This document shows, one piece after another, positions 26,001 through 38,000 of a stretch of DNA of 64,000 nucleotides; the stretch's first letter is position 1, and each line of letters begins with the position of its first letter. The stretch is from positions 88,414,001-88,478,000 of the forward strand of contig OZ076409.1 in assembly GCA_964187785.1 (NCBI GenBank). Direction: 5' to 3'. The notes below the pieces were generated by a model that was not told the DNA's origin, made no database searches, and was given only the letters and a program-made list of their open reading frames with translations. Both the position numbers and the translations under genes were made by a program. The stretch comes from Amphiscolops sp. MND2022. Lineage: Eukaryota.

Positions 26001-29000
26001 GACGATTGATATACTTGCACATCTCTCCACAAAGGAAGAAGGTAGCATCTCGCCTCTGACCCAAATTGATGACGAAACTAGTGACATCTGAAACACAGAA
26101 CCTGAAGGTCCCTAAAAGGACGACAGACCAAAAGTGACTTCACCAAACTAGAAATACTCACAATCGCTGACCAGGCGTTGGAACAGCTCCAGTTTGACAG
26201 CGAAGAAGTTGTCCATGATCAGGGACCACTCGAAGCTCTGGACCTGTGGAAAGGTATGGTGTAAATTTGAAACGATAACCCTGCCTATGCTTATGAAAAG
26301 GAACGTCCACTAGAACTCTCTCTAAAAAAAGACAGATGATTTTGTGAATTATAACCTTGTTATGGACCCCTTGATTCTCTTGTCGGCGTGAATGCACAGT
26401 GAAGTAGCGCAGGATCGACTTCCACTTCTTCAATACATCGCGGCACAGCTCAGGTATTTTGGTTATCTCCAGTGTGCAAGTTGTAATAGCCTAAACAAAA
26501 CGATTCGAAAACGGGAGCCCTAACTGTTAGTGACTACCTCCGCCCTTCACCTATGTTATGCAGAACAGATTTGCAAAATAGACTTACTCGGACAAGTTCA
26601 TTCGATTCGGTGACCCAGTCCTCAGATAGGCAACCTCCAAGCGAGACCAGAAGACATTGGAGAACAGAGAACATGTCTATGTGCCCGAAGACGCTGTAGT
26701 TTACCTTGTGCATCAAGGTCCTCAAGTCAAGCAACTCGAATCGGAAGCAACTTTGGATCCCACGAGGGTAGGAGGGATGCTGGTCCACTGTCCTTATCAG
26801 GTCAACGGCACATCCAGATATCGCGACCACATCGGGAGCGGTAGAAATGGCAGACAACAATCGTGATAGGGAGCCCATCTCCTCAGTTAGCCCGACGCCA
26901 GAAACTCCACTTCGACAGACGAAGATGCGACAAAGCTTCGCACCCTTCCAAAATCGGAGAGACATCAATCGGTTGGCCCCTCTCTTCTCGAACTCAATCC
27001 CATAGTGCTGGGAAGCGATGATTTGCTCTGCCACGTCTTCCATCATGCAGTTGAAGACGTGTTGGAAAATGGCCTGAAACGGAACGAAACTCGGATGATC
27101 ATACGGCCTTACCATTACAAGCTACCCTTACGCTACGAATGGTTCTATGATGAAATAAACGAGTGAACTTACCATGATGTGGTCTTCACTCCAGTCGAAA
27201 TCCTGGAAGGCTGATTGGAATCCAGTATAGCTCCCTGCTCTAGCCCACAACCTGCGGAGGATAGCTATGTTGCCTGAGTCCTGGACGAAATCTCCCAAGA
27301 GGCAAATCTGGGCCTGCAATCGCGATTGAGGTGTTACAGGAGCCGAAGAGTGTCCCTTCAAGTAATCCTCGTAAAAAGGATGTCTCTCGCCAACGTCAAC
27401 AAGTTCTGTATGGATGAATCTGGTAAGCTCTTGCGCAAGGTCGGATTTGTTGAGGATTTTGCCATCCCTTCCTCGAACTCTGTGCTGGACTTTCCCCGAC
27501 ACGTCATCTATTGTCTTGAGGTGCTCAAACCGCCACCTCTGGTCTCGGCGAAGGTGTTTCTCGGTCCTGTGGTGACGTAAGATTTCTACAGTGCCTTTAG
27601 TCTTTATGCTAAAGTTTTTCTTGCACATGTGGCACCACACCATGTAAGGGTTATGTAACGGATCGGCTGTGCCAGAAATGAAGGATCTAGTCCATGCTAT
27701 CTTGGAGAAGAACTCCTCACGCATAGGCACACCCCGCCTTGGCATCCTCTTGCTCTTACTTTTCCTGGCTGAGACAACTGCCTGACGGGACTTCTGGGTA
27801 GGAGATTGACCGCGAAGCTCAGACAAAGTACAGTCCAGGCTGCTCTTCTCCTGCATTTCAGTCTCTCCCTCAGTCGTGTTATGTGGCAGCCCTGGTTGTG
27901 AGGCTGTAGAGAGATTTTCAGGAGCAGTTTTATTATAAACTCTGTCAATCAAGAGCCTTTCCATGGAACTGTCACTATCTTCGAGATAGGAGAGATCACT
28001 GACATCCTGGAGTGTGCTCAGGTCAAGTTGTGGACTGGGCTGAGAACCAAGATCGACAGAAAGCTCGTCGGAGCTGGACCCAGCTTGGCGATTGGATCCT
28101 GGGAAGGAGCTCGGGCTCGCGTCCGGAACTTCTCAGTCCGTGAAGGGGCAGTCACGGGAGTTTCTTTTACTGCTCCAATTACCATTCTCTCCATGGTGGT
28201 ACAAGTCATATTGATGGCTTCGTCAGTGAGAACCCGAAGCAGGTGATAGACCTGCGGCTCTGTGAAGGCTACAACCCTCTGTCCAACCGGGAACGTGTAG
28301 GGGTCTTCGGCCTCAAAGTGCTGTTTGAGGGTGGCTCTACTGCGTCCTGACAAATCTCGCAGAACTTCTTCTTGTGGCTGAGGATTAAACCGAGAAGTCC
28401 CTGGTGGTCCTGGATCGTGTATTTCTGATCCTGAGTCTTCTTGAGTCTCTGATGCTGACCCCGTTCCAAAAGGGATGCTCGCGTACAAGAGGGGAATTTC
28501 AGACTGACTGGTAGTATCAACAGCCTGGGTGGTGTCACTGTGGTCCCCTGGAGCGGTGAAATGTCCTGCTCCACCGGGGAAAGGAGGGGGCTCATGGACA
28601 GAAGATGAGGCTTCATCATCTGACTGCAGGAAAGAAACTGCAGATGTATCGTGGCTACGATTCTGGGCAAGTTGCAGCTCAGGGAAACCAGACTGCGACT
28701 GCGGCGCTACTGACAGTGAGGACTCAAGTTGTGAAATGCTGGTAACTTCTGTTCCAGGCTGCTCAAAGGTTGTCGGGGTGCTAGTTCTCACTTGAATAGG
28801 AACGTGACCCACGTCTGGGACAACTGGGTCTTGTGCCGGAGACGGCTCTTCTTCCGTAGGACTGGCAGGATCTGTGTCAGTCAACCCCTGTGAGACTTCC
28901 ATACGTTGGACCATCTCGTCTGCATACGCTGTGACATCAACGTTGCTTTCATTGCTGAAAGGAGAGTCAGCAGTCAACTGTTGCGCTTGGCCGAGGAATG

Positions 29001-32000
29001 TTCTTATTGGGGGAAATGGAGGTGGAGAAGGCGTACTGCTGGGCATTGAGATGGGTAAGGGACGTTGAGGAAGCGCAGTGGAATTACCAGTTGTGGTAAT
29101 GCTTTGAACTTGTGGTTCATCGACGTTCTGTTGTTCTAAACAGAAGGAGATGAAATTTGGCGGTAAGCTTCCTTGAAAGAAATCCATTCTACCGCATTAG
29201 AAAACTTCCAGAAGTACTTTGGAAAATTGAACAAAACGTGTTATCACGTGTTTACTGATGGATACAGGAAGCATTTTGTGAACAAATTTAGCCCTGATCA
29301 AGTTAAATTAAGTTCAAAACCAAAGCAAACCAACCTTCAACTGAAGACATTGTCCTGCTTTGCCTTTTACTGTCGAACCAAGCAAGCTCAGGAGGTGTGG
29401 AATCTGGCCGGACTCGGACCAAGGACAGGTCCCGGGAATACTTCAAAGAGGAAGAAGGACGCTGTTGAAGAGATTAAGAAGAGTGGAGAAAACTGTCCGG
29501 TAGAGGATATCAGATGAAGAAGACAAAGTAAAATAATTGGAATTGAATTGGAATTAAAATGGGTTAATGGAATTAGAAGTTTGAGTTCGTGGCTGAAGAA
29601 AGTTTACCAGACTAATATTATTTAGTTATTTACATATTTATTATGTACATGGAGTCTGCCAGCGAAATGTCCAAAGAACTTTGTTATTTACAGTTTACTT
29701 AATTAGTTGCCGATTCCGGCCGTTTGACTCGTTGCACTTTATTATTTCGTTCAGTTAACTTAGTTACCGCTAGTTAAAAAATCCGCCATTTTGAATTATT
29801 CAGATTTATTATTTTCGCCATTTTATTATTTAATTTTTCATTTTATCAGAGCTCAACTCTGATTGGCTGAAGCCATGTTGAAAGAATTTAGCGGCGCGTG
29901 CTGTTAATTGATCCGAAGCAAGCCGTTAATTACCCACTTGAAGAGAAGATATTTGATATCAACAACTTAGGTGCTGCTTACACCCACTTTGATGATGGCT
30001 CATATGAAGGACAAACACCTATTTGATCGGAGTCGCCAACCCCGTTTAGGAATTTCATTCAGGAATGTTTACGATGAATCGGGGCGATCAACCTGAGATT
30101 CGCCCGCTAAATTAGAAACTTCGGGAAAAGGCCTAACTCGGAATTTGAAGAGGCAACAAGCTCATTCTGATTTCAAACTCGCTCACGACAAGTTGACTAG
30201 CAAATCTCCAAAATTGCGAAAAAACTAATAATGGAAAGATTTAATAAAGCGAGAAAACTCTTTGGTTCTTTGGAGTTCAGTTCTGACTCATCGAGAGACT
30301 CTGTAATCTACATCAGCAGTGATGAAGAAACCTCTGACGGATGGGACTCAGACTGGTCTACGGACACAGAAGAGATGGTGAGGAGGATTGAAACTCAAGT
30401 CCAAGCTGAGCCAATTCCCATAGCCGGCAGAAGGATGACGACGGCGAGCGACGAACCTGGTCCTAGCTCTGTGCCTTCAGACGCGCAAACTACACCGAAG
30501 CTGGACAAAACCTACTTCGACGAGAAACTATGCTATGCTCCGTCTAGATGCAAAACGAAGAGGAGAATAGAATTATGCAAGACGATTCTGCCTGTGTTAG
30601 AGTCGCCGCTTTCGCCCCCCGCTCATGAGAGAGGGCCGTCTATGGATACGCCGGTGATACAACCCGAAAGTAATGGGTTCCATGCTTCTTTCCACATACA
30701 AAATGCGTCGCCTTACACTGATATCGGCTCCCAAAGGTGCACAAGCTGTATGGTTTGTGGAAAATCTGTGGACGAAATAAAATCCATAAAGATAAACAGA
30801 TACATGGAAGCCTCAACTCCAAAGAGCGAACCCGCTTACATCACAGCTCTCAGGAAAGAAGCCTACATCAATGGTCTTAATGCAGGCAGTCTTCTTTTCA
30901 TTGCACCCGCTGTGTCGCAGGCTGCCGCCTGTGACGGCACAAGGATTACAACAACGGCTGTTGGCCAGGATGTGGCCCCAGGAACTCTCCCTATCTATTA
31001 AAGTAAACTAAAACTTTCTCTTAAACTTTTACGTTGCTCATGTATTTTGTTGCCATCTTATTTTAGAAAATAGCCAAAAAGGGCCGTACTGGGACGTATT
31101 CCCTTATTACCAAAACTTAGAATTATTGCACTTGTTGATTATTTATGGTCAACCTTAGTCTTGAATGTTAATTGTATATTAGTCTGTTAACATAGATTGT
31201 GTTGTGTTGTTGTATTATCAATGCAATGTAGTAATAATCAAAGATTATGGCAAGCAACTTAGAGAAAGTACGGAAACGAGTTCAAATGGACTCCTGTACT
31301 TTCTTGCCAACGCCACTTGCGCTCACCCAATTAGCCAATCAGAGGCCTTCATTTTCGTGTGCTTTATTCTCTTTTGCCAATTACGGCCTTTGTACAAACC
31401 GGACGAAAGTGCTATTAATGCCGTTCAGGCAGTCGGCCTAATCCGGCTTTTCAGTCCGCCATAAACAAAGCACTTGTGATTGATGCTAATTTCATGTAAT
31501 GATATTTAGTTAATAGTTAGCTTTGTTAATCATGAAGTACCAATCTGAAGTGTTAATTGATGTTCTGTCGTACCATTAACAAATAGTTATCCAATTTGTT
31601 CTAAAATAGCTGTTGCATGAAATCTGATATTATTGCCTTATCAGGCCTTTTGCCATTGTACCCATGAAAGGTATTTAGACTAAACATATTTGTTGTGCTG
31701 CCACGTGCTAAAGTATGCGCACTTACATCAACAAATACCTGTTCAATGAAAATATTTTGCCAAATATGTAAACAATGCTAACGGTTGAATGATTGTTCCT
31801 TTGATGTATAATATTTGGAATGGATAGCGTTCATCCCGTGACCATCAAAAATGCAGTCATATGATATTGTCTTAGTCAAAGAATGTAAAGAATGAGAGTG
31901 TCACTCTTTCGGGGGTATAAATACCCGTGCCTTTGAGAGAGGAGACACTTCTTAATTTGCTCTCTTCTGAAAAAGACTATCATATTAGTACAAACGGTTT

Positions 32001-35000
32001 CACTGTTATTTTCGAGATATAATCTAATTCAATTTTATACTCGAAGTTTTCCTTATGCCTACTACAAGAAAACAAAAGAAGGCTAGAAAGTCCAGAGGAC
32101 TAGAAATCCTTTCTGATATCGAAAATCTAGATATGATGTTAGGAGGCGATCGTTACAATGGAACTGAAAGAGAAAGGAGTTTAGACAGTAACTCCGTTAG
32201 AAGGAGAGAAAGTGTCATAAGTAATAACTTGGACAATGAGGGCGAAAGCCTATTTTCAAATTGCAGAAATGATGAACCTAGGACAAGTGCCGATTTTGGC
32301 CAATATTCAGCTGAAGCAAACTCACTAGCTGAGATAAACAGGTTGTCTAGCGAATTGAACTCTAGGATATCCCGTGAGATGGATGAAATGATGAGTAATG
32401 TTGATACGCTGATCCAAAGGGCCATTAATGAGGCTATTAGCAGTCAAGTATTGCCTCAAATACAGAATGTCATAATGGCCGGATCAGGCCGAGAGACCAG
32501 AAGGGGATGGGAAGTCCCAGTTGAGAGATCGGAAGCAAATGCCGAGGAACAGCGAATTCCAAACGCTAAGGCCGACTGTAGAAATGAACAGAATGATGGA
32601 TACCGATCTGGTGGACCATCTGCCCGTCACGTTCATGACAGGGCCAAATTGTACATTTCACGATTTTAAGATTTTGTAGAACTTTTGTATAACTTTAGAA
32701 GTATTTTAGTCAGTTTGTGTGGATTGAAAAAACAATTTAAAAACCGACGAAGCATAGTCGTGAATTACTGACTTTTTTCTACATCTGCGTATCATTTTGC
32801 CCCACATATCCTTCCTAAAAGTCTGGACTTCATGGTGGCTTGTAACTTTTAGAAACAGTGCCGATGATTTGATCAACAATGGAATCCGAAGCTTCCAGTT
32901 CAAGATGTCTGTCACTGGGCTGACTGATGCGACCGCAGTGGAATACTTTGTGGATATCAACAACCAGTACACAACAAATGCTGCAGATGCTAAGGTCGGT
33001 TCTTTTGATCAAAAGTTGGAACAAGGTAGATGAAAACCAAAATTGATTCAAAACACTCTGATGATTTTTTGAAACTATCATATATGTAAAAATCCGCATT
33101 TTTTCAATATTTCAGGAACTCAATGATAAAATGCTCTAAATTGCCATCTACTGATATCGTTCGTTGAAGTGTTGATAATAAAAAATATCGGTTCGTGGAC
33201 AGAAAAAAGAGGGAAAAGATCAAGTACTTCTTTCAAACTCTTTTGATTACAATCATGTAGCAAATTCAAACGCTCAATACAATCAAATGCTGTTACAGGT
33301 GTTTACATTGGAATACAAGTACGAGTCATACGAAGAATATTGGGATAACATTTTGTCCATTGTTACCCCTGCTGTGGACTTGAACGACCCTGTGCACATG
33401 AAACTGTGGAGAAAGTCCAAACTCATCAAACTGATCATCCTATCCTCGGACGACGGAATCTGTTTCGACATTGTTCCTTACATGTGTCAATACGACCCTC
33501 CGATCATCACAACTACGTCAAAAACAACCACAACTTCTACGTCACCAACTACGTCAGAGGTGTGCGAGTGTATTAAGGAAGGAGACATCAATTATGGTAA
33601 CCCGACAATCAACTTGCTCAAGTCTTCAATGAAAGGCGGAGCTGTTGAGAAACAAGACAACGCCTACTACCTGTGGACTGGAGCCGAACTGGGATCTTTC
33701 GCCCGAATGTATCTGGGCGATTACACGGACCCCGTAAGTATTCAGTATAATTTCTAGTGCAATTATCTTTATCCTCGGGAGGCGGAAATTTCGTCGCCAG
33801 AAATTTCGTCGTCAGAAATTTCGTCGCAGGAAATTTCGTCGTATTAGCAAATACAGAAATTTCGTCGTCAGAAATTTCGTCGTCGGAAATTTCGTCGTCG
33901 GAAATTTCGTCGTATTGATGAAAATTAACAGCGTTCGCGAAAAGAGCTTATTTGAATTATTCAATTATTTAATTATTAAAATAAGAGATCTTAACAAGTT
34001 TCATTTTGACACCAAAACTGAGTCAAAAAGTTAATTGCATCCAATCAATTCATCAAGACGCTTCCGGGGAATTTTTGCTTCAAGTGTCGAAACCGATTCG
34101 TTTTGGGTGGGGGATAGGAAACATTGCGTATCTGGGGTGGGAGGGATAAGTAACATGGTCCGAAACTTTTTCGGTTAAAACCATGACTAAAAGTCAATAT
34201 TAGCAATAATTGCACAATTACCGATAATTATTTAGATAATTATCAAGACTCGATAAATTTTAAGACATCAATACCATTAGACAATTCCTAATAGCTTAGA
34301 TAAAATGCAACGTTTTATAGAGCGTAATTTCCAACGACGAAATTTCTGACGACGAAATTTCTGACGACGAAATTTTTGGCGACGAAATTTCTGACGACGA
34401 AATTTCTGACGACGAAATTTCTGGTAATCTTATCCTCGACAGTAAACCGAGAAGTTGAAAAATTGACAAAATTTTACCAAAGTTGTTTCAAAGCTTTTCT
34501 GCACGAATAATAGCCGCAGCTCAAATCGGTCGAAGTCATAGCTTCATTGAAAAAACTTCTATATGCGTTTGCAGTGATGACCTACTGTGTTAGCGTTACT
34601 AGAGTGGGGCAAGTTTTTTGAAATTATTTTTTGCAAAGTTCATTTTTTCCTGTTACTTTTTTGCCGGTGGCTTGGAAAAAAGCTATATTGACACAAATAA
34701 TAACCCACCCAGTTAGCCCAATAGATTTTCGGTGGAAAAGACCAATTTTCTTTATCCTATATGTTTTTTGTGTTTCGCAATTTTTTAGTGATTGCGAAAA
34801 TTTTCACTCCCTCATTTGAGGACGAAATCACTGTCGAGGCTATTGCTTCTAGTCTCATTCAGTTGCAAAAAGTTTTTACAAATGCCTCATGACACTGTCG
34901 CATAACACAAGCCATGCGTTCTACCAGCAAGTAACCCCCATGCTTCTTTAAAAACTCAAAATTATTTCACAACTTTCAAAGGTTTGTGAAAGAACTTGTC

Positions 35001-38000
35001 ATCGAGAATATCAAAAAATCAGGCCATTAAGTTTTGTTTCCTCCTCATCTCATTTTGAAATTTTTTCCGGTTGGGGTTTGCACACGTCAATTTTTACTTT
35101 TTGAAGTCATCTTAAAATCATCAAGATTGAAAATTTCAAAGGCTTGAAACAATGACGTCACTGTAATTTCCAGGGAGTGCTTCGAGGTTTGGAGATTGCA
35201 CCTCCCCCGCCAGCATTCCAGACATCGGACCCTAGCGTGACGTCAGGCAAGTACGGTTACGTCACTGTGAGTAAATTCAGAGTGGCCTTGGTCAACGCCT
35301 TCGGATCGATCCTGGATTTGGACTCAGCAACTCTCACATGGCAAGCCAAAGGTGTCAGCATTCAGTCCTTCGACGAAAGCTTCCTTGATGGAGTTAGTTC
35401 ATTTGTCAAACCATAACAAAATATTCATTTTTTAAGGTCGAGCAGAGTTAAATACCTGACTGACTTCACCTGGTTTTTAAACGCTGATCAAATTGCTTTA
35501 TTATTCCATATGTATCATAGATAATAGTTTCCTTTTTCCGTTATTAAGTCGGCAAAATCATATAAGAGTTTCGGTAGAACGTAAGCAGGATTCTTAATTT
35601 TTAGACCTTGAAAAACTAGACCTTAAGTTTTCATAGAGCTTATTGAAAGCTGATCATTTTTCTCATCCATTAATATCTGTCTGGTTTGAAAATGTGATAC
35701 TCCTAAATTGTCATAGATCCAAATAACTCAAAAAATGCAAAGTTTCCATCCAAAAAGATGAGGACTGTCCAATTCCTCTATGCTAATAGCTTGAGGTTTA
35801 GCTTATTTCCTTTCCAACAAGATGGAATTGTTTTTTTTTTCGTTTAGATATACCTGTTCGAGTATGACATTAACAGTCTGCCTAACCAGCCAATTGTGTT
35901 CCCACCATGTAATGGTCTGCCCAGGGGGGTCGAACAGATTGCTATCATCCCAGTGGACGTAACAGTGGTGCTTCCATCCGACGGATACAGACCAGACAAC
36001 CCTGACCTGACTAATCACCCCCAGATCAAGTTCAGAATCACGGGTTGTGGTGTCCAGGAGGAAGTTTGTGATAAACACAACCCAACTCTGTATGACACCG
36101 AGAAAATGGTCTGTCTCAAAACATCAGCGTCGACATTGAAAACATCAGACGCTGAGAACGGTCTTTTGAACACTTTCGTCACACCCGGCAAAGACGCCTA
36201 CTCGTCTTCTTCTCTCGTGAGCCAATCAGATTTGAACGACAAAGGTGCTGGTGTCTCGTTGGGTAACCCCAACAAACCAGGACAGTCGGGAAATTGTGGA
36301 GCTCTCATGATTGACGCCCAAGATGATGGATCCTCTTTTGGTGAATACAGAAACGAGAGCGAATACGTTTTGGTTCATGGAATTACTGTGCAGGTATGAT
36401 CCTCATTATGTACAGTCCTGTGATAAAAGAATGGAACCCCTGTTTGGTACGGTAATTAAGTTTGGAACGCCAAATGAGTTTGCGAATTTCTCAACGACTG
36501 TCAAATTTTCCAAAATATGATAGAAACAAAAGTTTCTTGGATTTTTCTCTAGTTTACATTCCTCTAATTTTGTAAACTGAATGTATTACGAGACAAGTTT
36601 GCAAATAATAGTCTTTACATAAAGAGAGTCTTTACATTTAGAAATAATGTTGCAATGTCTAAATTAGGATTGTTGGTCATCGTTTAGGTCATTGTTTACT
36701 TTTTCATATTGTTCAAGGTGGCCATTTTTGACAAATTACGCTCGAAAAATTGTAATACCGTAGAGTGTACATGTAAAAAGATAATCACAAATCTATATGT
36801 CTTAAATCTATGCCCAATCTTAATACATGTACCGGAATTAATTCAGTGGAGATTGTCGATTTTCTTTGCGACATTTTAAGTATCCAGTCAAACTTTATTC
36901 AGTGGGTTTCCATATTGTACATGAGCATTGCGCATTCTTATGTATGAGCATCTTGGTTTTAAAGAAGTAACCTTGTTTGGCCTTTGTTTCAGTCTCTGCA
37001 TCCATTCTGTTACGTCAACGTGTTCCGAGTTGCGTGGAATCAAGGTTTCAACAATCTGTGGAAAGAGTTCTCCAACGAGACAGGAGTTTTCTTTATTGAT
37101 GACCGTGTTTTGGGAAATTACGTCGCTGTAAGTGTGTTCTTCAACTACTTCATTCTTTGTTTCAAATAGCCGAATACGCTATTCGTTGTCATGGTTTATA
37201 TTATCATCACCCATTTGACCATATTGTACCCCAATAAACCCAAATTGTAAAAACTGAGCAGATCATAACAAGATTGCCTCGTGAATTTCGAAAGCTCCTG
37301 AAAATGCAATTGAAGATGACTAGCGAACCTCATTCTGACCCATTTTAAAAATCTGCCATCCCCAAGTAAAATCATATATATCCTTTAGCCCAGTTTCTGG
37401 AGCAGTGTTTTAATTCTCCTCCAAACTTCACTGAGAAAAAAAACAATTGTAAATTAGAAAGTCAAACTGAATTGTAATTTAACAAGTTCTCGTTTCACGG
37501 AGAGTTTTGAATCAAGTCGTTTTTCACAAAGGATTGCATCCTTGTTTTTCCTCATTCGTCTTCGAAACAATACTTTTTATAGCTTAATTGAAGTATACTC
37601 ATACAGGTGAAAGTCAAGAGCCCATAAAAAACCTATACTGAGTGCCGTTTTAATTTATGCTCTCTGATAGTTACTGATAACTATTGAGTGCCGTTTTTGT
37701 TTAGTCACCCAAGTTCTACGAGTTTGACCAGTCTTTCGCGAGACAGCCACTGTACATAGACTTGACAGGTGTCACAGGGGATCCAGTACCCGCGAGGTTC
37801 CTTCTCATCATCCCCGAGGAAATGAAATGCAACTTGTAAGTAGATCGATATATGTGAAAATTGTGTCTTCTGTTCTCTTGTTAATCTTGACAAGAGAAAC
37901 AGATATAGCTTATGCCAAAAATTGACAATGATTCCATTTTCGGAGTGCCATTGACAACCACCGGAGTGCCGCAAAAATCTATTCTACGCACTTTTTTTAT

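Larger units (their letters stand above)
16624..32640 (+). mobile_element. Full-length Ty3/Gypsy-type LTR retrotransposon (16,017 bp) with extra genes
   Basis: Two 1728-bp near-identical direct repeats with TG...CA ends; 5-bp TSD GGGCC (16619-16623, 32641-32645); gag then PR-RT-RH-IN order. Confidence 0.97.

Noticed and set aside
29173..29517. 114-aa plus-strand ORF
   Set aside because: Starts at TTG, has no recognisable motif, and overlaps the presumed 5' region of the antisense gene.
24925..31001. env gene in the post-pol region
   Set aside because: No signal peptide or transmembrane anchor in ORF256; the larger gene is antisense and looks nuclear.
16624..32640. Segmental duplication, tandem elements or DIRS-type element as the cause of the 1.7-kb repeats
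   Set aside because: TG...CA ends, 5-bp TSD, adjacent PBS and a DDE integrase identify them as true LTRs; no tyrosine recombinase seen.
33785..34420. Short regular repeats resembling a CRISPR array
   Set aside because: Tandem units without unique spacers, in inverted arrays with a TSD; eukaryotic context; no cas genes.
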